Shown: positions 22,831 through 35,385 of the stretch, one piece after another
Position numbering within the stretch: the stretch's first letter is position 1
How the letters are laid out: the number at the start of each line of letters is the position of its first letter
Origin: Podarcis cretensis
Lineage: Eukaryota
DNA: 64,000 nucleotides
Direction: 5' to 3'
Assembly (NCBI GenBank): GCA_951804945.1
Contig: OX638153.1
Location: 19,406,001 to 19,470,000, forward strand
Notes under the pieces: generated by a model
What the model was told of the DNA's origin: nothing
What the model saw: the letters and a program-made list of their open reading frames with translations, nothing else
The model's database searches: none
Translations under genes and position numbers: made by a program

Positions 22831-23296
22831 CAGCTTTTTTGGGCAAGAACTCTGGGGGAACGGAGTTCCCTTACCTTTAAAAAAATTAATTTTTATTTTT
22901 TTGTCTGAGGGTGTTCAAACTGATATACGCCCAATGCCCGAGGCACAAATACACCTCTGTCTGTAAACAATGAAGTTGTGGCCATTTCTAATCCAAATCA
23001 ATGCTTGAGTTTATTAGTCACATCTTACATTTCGACACCGTCAAGGGTGGGTGGGTGGCACTGTGACTGGTCCTGCAATAAACAAACAAGCAAACTTTGT
23101 TGTGAGTTTCCCCAGTGGCGTAGCGTGGGTTGTCAGCACCCGGGGCAAGGCAAGTAATTTGCACCCCCCTAACCCGTGGATTTGCGCCCCCTAACCCTAA
23201 CCCCCATATGTTGCGCCCAGTGCGGTTGGCCCCCCCTGCACCCCCCACGCTACGCCACTGAGTTTCCCCCACCTTTTTTCCAGAAAAAAAGCACTG
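22831..23296. mobile_element. Older CAGTGCTTTTTT-type hAT MITE hosting the TTAGGG MITE
   Basis: cagctttttt...ggaacggagttccc at the left end and gagtttccccc accttttttccagaaaaaaagcactg at the right end, resembling 5374-5511. Confidence 0.55.
23113..23260 (-). mobile_element. hAT MITE containing TTAGGG repeats (copy 2)
   Basis: Perfect 17-bp TIR; 8-bp TSD agtttccc; (CCCTAA)2 plus 1 on the + strand. Confidence 0.93.
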
Positions 23297-24469
23297 AATA
23301 CAAGTATTTGACACATGCTTGGATAATGGGTGGTCATAGACATTTTTATTTTCAGGTGATCAGAATAGGAAAATTGTGGATTCTAACTTGAGTTTCTAGG
23401 TAACGAACTGTGTTCTAGGAGTAAGATAAAATATTTTCATATTTTTGCTCCCAGTCTGTAGTAGAATATAGCAGGGCTGATTTTTGCCAAGGGCACATTG
23501 CAGAGCAGATTTGCATTACAAGTCTGGTGGTTGAGTTTTTAAAATCTGATTTGTTTCTAAAAGAATGAGTCTCCTGCAGTAGGAAACCTCAAACCTCCCC
23601 ACTCCTATTTCCTCAAGCTTCATGGATATTCCATATATTTTGAGAGATGAGTCATAGGGTGAAGGAGCCTGGAAAGCAATGAGTACTGATTGCCTCTTTA
23701 GCCCCAGCCAATAATTGCTTGATCCAACTGCCACCCATTTAGAGTGACTTTAATTCTCACCAAAATGAGGAGCTAATAGCACTGCCTTAAGCCAAGGCAG
23801 ATGCTGGGCAAGTTTCCTCAAGTATTCGGCCAATGCTTCGCTCTCTTCTTCTTTTGGCCCGTAATAGCCATGTTGTTATGTTTCTGGCTCCTGTCTTCAT
23901 TGTGTCTGCCAGCTGTGCCAAACCATGCCGTAGGTTTGTATAACTGGTCGATTACATTGTGGCTGAAGAAATATATTTCCACTGTTCGGTTCCAGCTCCC
24001 AAACATAACACCTTTTGGCTTCCAGGGAGAAAGTTGACTATTGTACTTCTACTTGCTGAGTTGAATAACCATCGCTATCGGGGGAAACCCAATTATTTTA
24101 AACCTTTCTGTGATCAGATTTGTTGCCGTATACATTTCAATCTGAATTTGGGTCAAACCAGGCACTGCCATCAGCTAGCCTTCACTCGCCTACCTCCTTA
24201 GTTACAACCCATCCATCCAAAGGGCGACACAGCTTCCTCCTTCTTGGTGTTGCCTTTATAGAATTCAGCAGCGAGGAGGATGGGAGCAAAACCAGAATTA
24301 GTTGGCTCTGCATAACAGTGACTCTGGCTCTGCTACTTTTGGCATTCACGCCCTCTGCCCTACCACCAATGTTAGAAAATTGGATATATAAGCTAATTGC
24401 CAAATGGCTCCTTAAACCTAGGTTATGGCTGCCACAAAAGAATGTCCAGGTGCCTTTTTGCAGTTGAAT

Positions 24470-24640
24470 TTATCATTATCATCATTATCAATCATTTCAT
24501 TTCTATACTGTTTTATACAGGAAAAAAAATCTCAAAACGGTTTACAGTACATTAAAACATCCAATAAAACAATCCAGAATAAAACAAATTCAAGCTTCAA
24601 GGAATTTTTTTCCAGATCTTTCTCTAAGTGACATTTTGCT
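24470..24640 (-). repeat. Short dispersed repeat (copy 2 of 9340-9507)
   Basis: Shared sequence ending gtgacattttgctt; (ATC/ATT)n tail. Confidence 0.75.
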
Positions 24641-24697
24641 TCCGTCATATTTATTTGCCTACTTAATCTATGCCCCATAGCAGAAGTACTCTAGGAA

Positions 24698-25030
24698 GCC
24701 AGTGTGGTGTAGTGGTTGCAGCGGTTCTCAACCTGTGGGTCCCCAGATGTTGTTGGACTACAACTCCCATCATCCCTGAGCTCTGGCCTTGCTAGCTAGG
24801 GGTGATGGGAGTTGTAGTCCAACAACATCTGGGGACCCACAGGTTGAGAAAGGCTGGAGAGTGTCGGACTAGGATCTGGGAGATCAGGGTTGAAATCCCC
24901 ACTCAGTCACAAAGCTCACTGGGTGACCTTGGGCTGGTCACAGCCTCGTAGCCTACCTCACAGGTTAACTGAGGAGGGGGGTGAACCATGTACTCCTTGG
25001 AGAAAAAGGTGGGTTTATAAAAGCAATAAA
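24698..25030 (+). mobile_element. MIR/CORE-type SINE interrupted by a palindromic MITE
   Basis: gccagtgtggtgtagtggtt|gagtgtcggactagg...agggttgaaatcccc...gggtgaccttgggctggtcac...A-rich tail. Confidence 0.75.
24719..24856. mobile_element. Palindromic hAT-type MITE (ggactacaactcccatca family)
   Basis: Near-perfect foldback with arms of about 60 bp; no clear TSD. Confidence 0.85.
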
Positions 25031-25114
25031 TAAGTTTTTCTGCTTACCTGCTTAAGAAAGCTGGAGGGGCCAGCCAGATGGAGATGTCGCCAACCTGGTA
25101 TCCAGAGATTTCCA

Positions 25115-25261
25115 CAGTGGTGTAGTGTGGGGGGTGCAGGGGGGGCCGGCCGCACCGCGCGCAACATCTGGGGGTTAGGGTTAGGGGGCGCAAATCCATG
25201 GGTTAGGGGGCGCAAATTGCTCGCCTTGCCCCGGGTGCTGACAACCCACGCTACGCCACTG
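25115..25261 (+). mobile_element. hAT MITE containing TTAGGG repeats (copy 3)
   Basis: TIR with 2 CpG-to-TpG changes on the left; 8-bp TSD gatttcca; (TTAGGG)2 plus 1. Confidence 0.93.
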
Positions 25262-27205
25262 GATTTCCATGATCTAAATTTCTGACATTACGTATATAGG
25301 TTCCATAGGGAATGGTTCTCTATATACACTCTATCCCTGTGTTTGAAAGAGCTACATCTCTTCCTTTGGAAGTTAGCAGCGACAAGCTTTTCAAGTTAAA
25401 ACGAGTTGCAGTGAGGTCCGTGCTCCTTTGCCAAAATGGAAACAGCAGTTATTTAAAGGATAAAATGAGTTTACCTTGTCCAGAACTCCTTGGAGGAAGA
25501 GCACAGCAAAAATATAATAAATAATAAAACTACAACATTATGAAACCTCAAAATGCAGGACTTGAGATAAGAGTGGGATTGTGTGTGCCTTCCCTCTCTT
25601 AATTACCAGAAGTCCTGGAAATTTAAGGGAGCCTTACTTTTCCGATCAGTGGAAAATCTGCAGAGCAAAAGGTTTAAAATGTTCACAAATTCATCAGAAT
25701 CTTCCTTAGTTTGCATATATTTTGCAATTCCTTCGTCTGTTATTTTTCTGGGGAAAGAAAGTTTGAAAGTTTCTTTCAAAATTCAGAATGAAAAGGGTAT
25801 TTCCTGTGTTTGTTCTCTATGTGCTTATGTGTATGTTCACCTCTTCCCCCTACTCCAAAGTCTGATTTTGGAATTAGGGGGAGTGACACTTGGCTTAAAT
25901 ACTCACTGTTTGTTTTATTTAATTATCTTGTTCTTCCTTGTGTGTTAAATTGGAATACAGCCAAACAGCTAATGTTGTATTAAGTTATTGCTCTATTATT
26001 TTGTTCAAGGAACAGCAAGCCTGTCTTCCGTGGAGAAATGGGGCCACTTATTTTTCATCCATGGCCTGTCTGTAGAAGTTGTCATGAGTTAATGTGACAT
26101 TTTTCTTCTTCTGTCCCCCCCCCTCCCCCGATGCTTTTTCTCTTATTAAAAATTACAGCAAAGAGCTGATCCAGATTAGGAAGGAACGGCACATCCGTGA
26201 AGTATCTAACATAATAAAATTAATGTTAACATATAAGATCAGGACCATTAAGATCCTAAGGTAATTAGAGATTGAATTAGCCTTGAATTGCATCTGATTT
26301 CATCTGTTTGAGATGGAAGACAAAGGAATAGTATAATAACTGAGCAGACCAGGCTTTTTAAGGTCAAGTTTTTCCTGTAGGGGAAAAGGAGGTGGGGGGA
26401 GAAGGAAGATGAGAATAAGATTTTGCTTTGTTTCTTTCTTTTATGGAGCTTGCTGTTCAGTCTCATGAAAGATTAATCAGACTGGCTACAAGGATAGAGA
26501 ATCTCTGTTGCGGTGCCATCACAAAATGGTGGGTTGGGACCTGGGAATGTTTGGGTGTTTAAGAAATTCAGTTTCTGTTAATTCCAAAGCAAAGCAGCCT
26601 TTCACACACCTCCTGAAACTAGCATGCAGATTGGAACAAAATTATCCATCAGCTTTTGCATATCTCCAGATTTTGTGATACAATTCCCACCTAAAAATTA
26701 AAAATCCACATTTTTAAGAATAAAATACATTTTTGGAAATTTGTGTATTTAGATTATATAGTTATATAAATACTATTGTGTGTTGTAATATGTGTGTCAA
26801 TACATATTAAAATAGGGATTTTCATATAGCTTTTTTAAAATAAAAAAACTCGGATTACTGTTGAAACAGGATCGAAGTAATTTATGAGTGAAGACATACA
26901 AAAGTGATTCAGACTGGAAATAGATTTATCCATAATAGCAACTGGCCATAATCACACCAGAAAAGTGTTTTGTTTTTTAAGTGCCAGTGAAGCAGCAAAA
27001 GGGAAAAGTTGGTTTGGAAAGTTGGTGGAGAAGAATTGTCCCCCACGTATATAATAACTGCTTAGAAGATTACAGGAAGAACATTCAGTTGAATCAGATG
27101 AACTGGGATACATTTTCCATATACAACACGTGTACATACACAAAGTCCTGATCTTTGAAGTGCGGTGTGTATACCAGAATGCATTTGACATAATTTAGGG
27201 CATCA

Positions 27206-27537
27206 ATGGGTGGGACGCAGGCAGCGCTGTGGTCTAAACCACAGAGCCTAGTGCTTGCCAATCAGAAGGTTGGCAGTTCGAATCCCCGCTCCTGCCAAAC
27301 TAGCAGTTCGAAAGCACATCAAAGTGCAAGTTGATAAATAGGTACCGCTCCGGCGGGAAGGTAAACGGCATTTCCATGTGTTGCTCTGGTTCGCCAGAAG
27401 CGGCTTAGTCCTGCTGGCCACATGACCCGGAAGCTGTTTGCGGACAAATGCCAGCTCCCTTGGCCTATAGAGAGAGATGAGCGTCACAACCCCAGAGTTG
27501 TCTGCGACTGGACCTAATGGTCAGGGGTCCCTTTACC
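27206..27537 (+). mobile_element. Sauria SINE
   Basis: gggacgc...gcgctgtggtctaaacc head, cagttcgaatccc B box, (ACCTTT)n tail; TSD tttagggcatca. Confidence 0.9.
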
Positions 27538-27665
27538 TTTAGGGCATCAGTACACTTTACTGAAGAACTTGGTGGAGTAAGATGAAGCCCAGTGAGGCTG
27601 TCCACCTCATTTCTGTTCTTTCTGTTTTATAACATCTTTGCCACTAGAGAATTTAGTCCAGTACT

Positions 27666-27755
27666 AAAAAGGTAAAGGTACCCCTGCCCGTACGGGCCAG
27701 TCTTGACAGACTCTGGGGTTGTGCGCCCATCTCACTTAAGAGGCCAGGGGCCAGG
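27666..27755 (-). mobile_element. Sauria SINE 3' fragment
   Basis: aaaggtaaaggtacccctgcccgtacgggccagtc is the reverse complement of the 3' end seen at 51070-51114. Confidence 0.85.
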
Positions 27756-28714
27756 GGGTTTTAGGGCATAAGGTGTGGACATAAGGCAGATCCAAGTTCT
27801 CCTAGTAGATCTCTGGGTGACTAGCAGATTATTTAAGGTTTCTGACTTCTCACTGTTTGAGAAGAGCAACAACTAGAAGTCTGCCTGTTTCTCTGGCAGC
27901 TGAAATGAAGAAAAAACTCAGGTGTTTTTTGTGTGTGGAAAGGCTGAGAGCTCAATTTTGATAATGAGAACCAATTCCTGGTCTGAGCATGTGCTCAGAG
28001 ACACCTCTATTCTTTTATTCTAAAGTGTCTCTCTGCCCCACTGAACCCACTTTGCAAACACTTAATCTTGGTGGCTTATGGGGGTTGTTTTTGAAGCTGT
28101 AAACTGCTAATCACCCCTTGTTCCCTGGTAAGCTGGATAAATTTTAAAAACAAAAACATGCCTCAAGAAGGTTTTGAGTGATAGGTGGGCACATTGGCCT
28201 TGCTAGTTCAGAAACTGATCGTTCTAGTTCAGGTGGTTAATATCCAGCCTTGCACTTAGAAACCAGGTGCAAGATTTTACAGAAGTTGATTTTTTCAACA
28301 TTGCGTTATTAAAAAAAATATTTCAAAATAAGTTCTTCAGTTGTTCTGCTCCTTCCTGCAGGGCCAATTTGAGAGAGTAACATTGACCATCTGGCAGTGT
28401 TACTTGGGGTGGCACAGGGCAAGAATTTGTTCCAGTGCTATTTAACATCTCTATGGAGCCATTGGTAGCAGTCATTGGGAGATATGGAACTCAGCTCTAT
28501 CACATCTGAATGCAGAGTGGATGTGCCTGTATCTGGATGCAGTGGTGGGCTGGATGAGGACCAATAAACTGAGACTAAATCCTGACAAGAAACTGGCCAT
28601 TTGCCTGTTGTGTATGGGGTCACATTCCCTCTGAAGGAGCAGATTCCTAGCCTAGCAGTATTCATTGATTTACGGTATCTTTGTCACTAGAGGCTATAGT
28701 GCCATCAGTTGCTA

Positions 28715-28897
28715 AGAGTGCCTTCTACCTGCATCGTTTGGTACACTAGCTGCAGCCATTTTTGGACAGGGATAATGTGGCCACAGTGGTCCATTCATTG
28801 GAAAACTAAATATTTGATTGTGGCAATTTTTTTTTTTTTTGTGTGTGTGTGGGGCTCCCTTAGGATTGGTCTGGAAGCTGCGGTTAGTCCAACAATC
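28715..28897 (+). mobile_element. Degraded L2 fragment
   Basis: Translates with disruptions to ...LQPFLDRDNVATVVHS...VGLP, homologous to L2 RPYL...VVHALV...YVGLP. Confidence 0.55.
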
Positions 28898-28899
28898 TA

Positions 28900-29153
28900 C
28901 AGTCATACCTCGGGTTGAATGTGTTTCGGGTTGAGCGCGTTCAGGCTGCGCTCCACGGCAACCCGGAAGTAACAGAGCGCGTTACTTCCGGGCTTCGCCG
29001 CATGTGCAGATGCTCAAAATGACATCACGTGCATGCACAGAAGCGGCAAAACGTGACCCACTCATGTGCAGACGCGCCGTCGCGTCTTACGTTGCATTCA
29101 GGATGCGAACAGGGCTCCGGAACGGATCCCGTTCGCATCCCAAGGTACCACTG
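28900..29153. mobile_element. Tc1/mariner MITE, family B
   Basis: ta-cagtcatacctcggg...cccaaggtaccactg-ta; related in opposite orientation to 37680-37916. Confidence 0.85.
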
Positions 29154-30179
29154 TACTCTTTTAGATGTGTGTTCAGGGAAATTTGTGAACAATTTGGTGT
29201 GCTTCCCATTTGTTAGTTGAAATGTTGACAGTGCAATGTTGACAAACAATAGTGTCGGTATTGTAGGGTATTTGTTAACTCTCACATTCTTGCTTATTTG
29301 TTTTATAATAATTTGCTAGTTTTAAAATTTCAGCATAATGTTCTATGCCACAAATGCCTTAAATTTACCCAGGAACAGATCTCAGCAGAGTTCTTCCAAG
29401 TTTCACTACTTTTTTCTGGTCTGTAGCAGTTTAATTGTGGAGGGAAAGGCAGATAAACCTTGACTTTAGTGCTCTGATAGATCCATGCAGAAATTCCCTA
29501 TGTTCCGTTAAGGGCTGTCAAGGAAGCCCAGTTAGGGAAGTTCATAATACTTCATTGGTTATTAGAGACAATCTATCGAATTCTCTTTACAGGACTTCTG
29601 TTTCCTTAATTTATTCCCGACTCACTATATTGTTCTGCAAAGTCTTTCACAGAGCTTCATGAGCTGGATCTTTCCTGCCCTGGTGTTCCCCCAGGTCTCC
29701 CCCAGCAGGAATGGATGCAAACTGCCTGCTGAGCAATAGGTTTGCAGATAAAATAATGCCAAGGGTACTGTTTGTGAGAACTTGAAGGGGTTCCTGCCTG
29801 TCCCCACACGCTGACTGAATCCAGATGATCGACTTGCTCACCTTGCTGTGGCTTGTCACAATAACTGCACAGTGGTCTTCACATTTGGCAAGGCTGCTGA
29901 AAGGCCTGAACGTTTGATTGGCTCCAAGGCTGTCACGCTTTTTGACAAGCTGCATTTTTGAAGCTCACAAGAAATTTGATTGACCCTGGAGACTGTTCCT
30001 TTAACTCCCAAATTACATTCCACAAAAGGACTGCTAGCTTACTACAAGAAAGCAGGAAAATTCCATGAGTCTGAGGCTTTCGACTGTCTCTGCATGACCC
30101 CCTATTCTGGTTGTATTACCTCCTGGTTAGCCTCTACACTGCATGGCATTGGATTATTCAATCACTCCAAATACAGATA

Positions 30180-30388
30180 CAGTGGTACCTCGGGTTAAGT
30201 ACTTAATTCGTTCTGGAGGTCCGTTCTTAACCTGAAACTGTTCTTAAACTGAAGCACCACTTTAGCTAATGGGGCCTCCTGCTGCTGCTGCGCCGCCAGA
30301 GCACAATTTCTGTTCTCATCCTGGGTTAGCGGAGTCTGTAACCTGAAGCGTATGTAACCTGAAGCGTATGTAACCTGAGGTATCACTG
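30180..30388 (+). mobile_element. Tc1/mariner MITE, family A (internal deletion)
   Basis: TIRs and TA TSD; lacks the aagcaaagttcttaacctgaggtactatttctg segment present in other copies. Confidence 0.92.
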
Positions 30389-32004
30389 TAATGGCTTGTC
30401 CACAGAGGGAGCTGCCGGTTGTTGTTGTGCACTAATCACTGCCCTGATCTTTCCACTTTCTAGTTAGATTGATGCAGCTGGTTTAGAAAACTGTGTAGAA
30501 ATTTGCAATGGGCAGACACTTCTGTGAGCAGATTACTTTTGCCCTAAAGGTTTGCAAGTGTATGTGTGAAGGATATCTCCAGTTTGGGTGGTGGCAATTC
30601 ACTTGTGGAACTCTACTATAGAGGCATACTGGGTGCCTAGTCTTTTATCCTTTTTGCATGTGTAGTCTAATATATTTTTAGAGTTAATTACAACTGATTT
30701 ATTTTAGTTTGAGTTTTCTTTAGTTATTGGGTTGCAGGTCATTTTATGGTTTTATCTTAATTGTAAGCCATCTGGGAATTCTGTTTGTACTGCATATTGG
30801 GAAATAAATTTAAAAAGTGTGCCATAAGTATCAGACTTTTGGAAACACTACTTTAGTTGATCTGCTTTCCCATGAAACATGCAGGGGTTTTTTAAGTGGG
30901 AAAGGAACTAGGTAAAAAGAAATGAAGCCCAGTGAATGAAATAAATGTTTTGTGTATTTTGCCGGAACCCCCACCCTTTTCCTATTCATTAGGTATATTT
31001 GCTTTGCTGATTTGATTACTCTTTATAATATTTTTAAAATTATTTTTTAAATACATGATCGTATGTGCACACTCATAGAGAACCGTATAGAATTCTACAA
31101 CTTAGTTTGTGTTGTTATTGTATATCTACAATTTTATATTACTGGTTTCTATTTTATTTTTTTCAAAATAAAAAAAATACTGGTTGCTGTCTTACATTCC
31201 TTATCTATCTGTCAGTGCCTTGTTTTTTACCTTCCTCTTCCCTATTCACAATATTTCCATCTTGCCTCTTTTAATTTTTCACTCTGTCTTTCTCTGATGG
31301 CTTTACTTTATTCCTTCTGCCCTATGTGCTCTCATCTAGGCTATCTTACATCACCGTTAGTTTCCCCCAATTCTGTCTCCTTCAGTCCTATGGCTATTCT
31401 TTCTTTCACAAAGTCTGCAGCAGTTGTGAATGGGTTGGTGCATGTTTCGAGATTTATTGAGCTGTCAAAACAACTGTTGGCCTCCCTGTGGTCTAATTTT
31501 TCTCAAGTAATGCATCTCCCCCCATAGATCCTCCATGTTCCCCATCTATTCTGAAACACTGCCAACTTCATTTGTTCCTCTGCACATGTTCAGAAATATG
31601 GAACTGCACAACCCACACTTTCAGACAACAACGCTATCTCTTTCTCCCCTTTAAAAAAAAAAATGCACTATCTTGAACTGGTAGTCATTAAATAACAGTT
31701 TTGTCTCTTGTGGCATTGACTTAGTGGAATGCGAGCGAGGCAGACATTCCACTCAGGCATTCTTTGTCTCCCCACAATGCATCTTGAGGCCCTGCTTGGT
31801 GTCACACCCTTTCCTCTCAGGCTAGGTGTCCTCTGCTCGCGCCTGCATGCTGCCTTTAATTGCCATCATTTGTCCCCAGCATCTTACAGCTGGGCATGCA
31901 CACAGCTAAACTATTCCTCTCTCATTTAGGTTCTTTTAAATATGAACCTTCTCTCCCCCTGCCCAGCACCTGCCTCCTCCCGAAACACGCTTTATTGTCA
32001 TTAT

Positions 32005-32228
32005 TTATTATTTCTTTATCTATTGCTCTTCTATCCCGCCTTTCCTCCAAGCTCAAGTTGGCATACATAGTTCTCTTCCCCGTTTTCTCCTCACACCAGC
32101 CCTGTGAGGTAGGCTCAGCTGAGAGTGAGTGGCCCAAGGTCACCCAAGGTGGGCTTCATGGTTGAGTGGGGATTGAATCCTGGTCTCCCAAGACTTAGTG
32201 CCACACTCTAACTACAACGCCACACTGG
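32005..32228 (-). mobile_element. MIR/CORE-type SINE
   Basis: ccctgtgaggtagg...tggcccaaggtcacccaag...gggattgaatcctgg...ctacaacgccacactgg. Confidence 0.75.
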
Positions 32229-32329
32229 TTATTTTGGCACTAGGTGCGTCTATGCAGGGCACCCTGCTTAACTAATAAGGGAGTGATGGAGTCCAGCTAC
32301 AAGAACTGCCACTGCATCTTTTTCCTCCA

Positions 32330-32397
32330 CTGCAGGGAGTTGGACTGGATGACCCTCAGGGTTCCCTCCCAACATTACAATTCTGTGATTCTATGAT
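32330..32397 (+). mobile_element. CR1-type 3' tail fragment
   Basis: gttggactggatgaccctcagggttccc...caac...attctgtgattctatgat, the CR1 (ATTCTRTG)n terminus. Confidence 0.7.
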
Positions 32398-35026
32398 CCT
32401 CTATTCAGAAAAGAAATCAAGAACAGAGCTTCCTTTTAGTAGGTGTTATCTATTTGTAGTGGTGGGGGGAAAGCTTGTGTCCTTGTTATGACTTGCTACG
32501 ACTGCAAGCTTCATTAAATTTGTCCCATGATAATGTGGAATACCGCTTTGTAAGGGGAAAATTGAAAATTGCAGTTAAGATAGCCGGATTCCCCAGAGGA
32601 CAAGGCTCCTGTGCTTTCAGCGGCTGGGCTGGAAGGAGATTCTCCACAGCTGGATCCTTTCGTTCTTGTCTCTTCTTGAATCTGGCAGTCTGAGCTGCAG
32701 TCATTCTAGGACAGAGTCATGTAGTGGCTAGAGAGCAGGATCTGGATGAGAACTGGAACAGCATAGTGCCATGTGTAGGTTGTAAAGCAGGAAGCGGCTC
32801 AATCAAATCTTACCCCAAGCACAAACTCAATAGGTGGCCTTAGACAAGCCACTGACTCTGAGCCTCTACCTGTCCTCCCTTCAGCCTGCAACATAGGGAT
32901 AAATTGGCATGTTTTGAAGGGCTATTGTTAAGATGACAGTGATAATGTAAGTGAAACTCATATTACTATTATATGTTGAGCTGAGATTTCAGATCTTTGT
33001 GCAATGATGAATCGCAGTTGGTGGCCTCAGACAAGTCACACTCTCATCTCATCTTTGTTTTCCTGCCAGGGATGTTGGGAAGATACAAATGGAGTAACAC
33101 CACTTGTGCTATGTTTGACCTCCTTGAAGGAAGAAGGGCAGGGTACAAATTCAGCAAAATGCAAAAAAGGAAACATATTCAGAATAGTATAAGAAATGGA
33201 ACAGGATTTAGACATTTGAGAGTGACAGAGACCAGAAGTAGACTCATCCTATATACTAGTTGAGTGCAAATTTTGACTTGCTGATTGTCATTTGTCTATT
33301 GTGAATTACCTCTTTAAAACTATTTGGCACTGGAGACCTCTTCACACATTACATTGCTTAGCAATTTACATTAAAGCAATGTACATGAGAAAAGCATATT
33401 TTTGTAACCTCATAATGTACAGGTATACTTGTTAGGGAGCTACGATTGGAGCTGTAATCTGTGTTGAATTTATATTCAGTGGCAAGCTCAGATCTGTCTC
33501 TGTGTCTCCATACAGTGTGAATTAAATGTTTATTAACCATGATAGCACAGTGGAACTTCCAGTTGCAGGGGCAGTTTACCTCTTAATTCAATGCACTGGG
33601 GAATAAAGAGGGGTGATCTATGGGTGCCATGCCCAGCTTCTGCTCTTCTAAAGACATCTGCTTGGCTCCTCTTGGAGGCAGAATGTTGGGCTTGATGGAT
33701 GGACCTTGGCTTGATATCGCAAGGTAATTTTTCTGATCTTGGAATCAGGTTTGTATTGCAAGTACCTAAATGACATAATGTTGAAAAATGGGCCCGGCAG
33801 CCAAATGTTATGGTAACGTGTTCATGTTGCGTTTGTTTCTTTATATTTTCACACTTCCTGACTAGTAGTCTGTAGCAGAAATACTCTTTATGAAATAGCA
33901 TGGTGAGGTGCATTGAAAGGTTCAAAGTGCAGTTGGCTGAGAAACAATAGCCAACAGTGTCTGTCAAGGCCCAGTCTTCCTGGCACCACTGTTGTGGCAA
34001 TCTGGATACAAGGCAGGTGTGTGTTCAGAAGGATGATTGGTGAGGTTTTAGAACACGATTCATCATACATCCCGAGAAAGAGGAAACATTATATTTTACA
34101 ACATACAGCAGATTACATAATAAAGTATCCCACAACCACAAAACCCCGATGAAAATGCAGAAGCCATGAGAGATGTGGATTTACAGATGCACAATGTTGT
34201 AGTGACCCTCAGATCTAGCTTTTATTTTGAGAGGGCTGGGTTTCAATGCCTACCGGGCTGTGAAGTTTATATGGAGGCCTTGGGCAAGTGGTTGTTATCT
34301 GTTAGCCTACCTCACAGGGTTGTTGAGAGGCTAACCTCTGCTCTGAACCCCTCAGCAGGAGGGTGGAATGCAGGTAGAAGTAAGAAATATAGATTTGAGG
34401 GGAGCAATTGAAATTGTTTCTACAGAATGTTTCTAGTTAGGGGGATACAGCTATATGCTAAGAGAGTGCATGGGCTCCAAGATTTGCATTTTATCCATAC
34501 TTGTGGTTTCTGTTTCGTTTTGTTTAATCCAATCTGTTTCTGATGCATTCTGTGTTTCCCCTTGCTTCCGTCTGCGCTTCTGATTCTGAGCCACTGTATA
34601 AAATGTAGCGTTGTGCTCCCCATTCTCTATATTGGGGAACCTAAAAGTGGCTGTAATTTCTCCCATTTTGCTAAAGTGGATGACATCCACAGATTCAGGA
34701 GTCCCTCTGGAGTGGGTTAAGTCTGCCAAACAAATAGGTCCAGTTTTTTGTTGTGGAGGGAGTAGAAAATGATCTCATTTTCCTCCATCACCCTTGTTAG
34801 GACAATATCTTTATAAGGCCAACTAAAAAAACCAAACACAACCCCTACAAAATCTGTTTTAGTGGGAGTTTGTATTTTATTCTTCCTTACTTTAAAATAA
34901 TTACAAGGTGTCCGAGTGGTGTGTATTGTGAGTTGTGCATTAAAAAACAACTTTGCAGCCTTACACTGCCCTTTTGATGCTTGTTTGTGTCCTCTAATAG
35001 TGACATTTTTCCAATAAAAATAGAAA

Positions 35027-35051
35027 CTTCTTCCTCCTCCTCCCCCTCCTC

Positions 35052-35088
<37 letters not shown>

Positions 35089-35262
35089 CCGTCCATCTGA
35101 CTGGGTTGCTCCAACCAACATATATAAAAGCATTGGAAGTATTTATATATGCTTCCAACATATATAAAAACACAAGAAAACATTAAACATTTTAAAAAGT
35201 CCCTATACAAGGTTGTCTTCAGATGTCTTCTAAAGGTTGCATAGATACTTATCTCCTTGGCT
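35027..35262 (-). mobile_element. L2 3' end with compound trinucleotide tail
   Basis: (TTA)n-ccccgtccatctgactgggtt...aaaagtccctatacaaggttgtcttcagatgtctt, similar to 6011-6200. Confidence 0.75.
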
Positions 35263-35263
35263 C

Positions 35264-35385
35264 CATACCCTCCAACATTTTTCTGACGAAAATAGGGATG
35301 TCCTAAGAAAAAGCGGGACAGAAACTGGAATGGCTTCTGTAAATCTGGGACTGCACCTGGAAAACAGGGACACTTGGAGGGTCTG
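35264..35385. mobile_element. Short inverted-repeat element (MITE-like)
   Basis: cataccctccaa...ttggagggtctg termini with internal gggaca repeats; no TSD seen. Confidence 0.6.

Noticed and set aside
30990-31650. Possible very old L1/Tx1 3' fragments (also about 42030-42500 and 48220-49000)
   Set aside because: Only compositional skew and vague motif resemblance; cannot be supported without alignment
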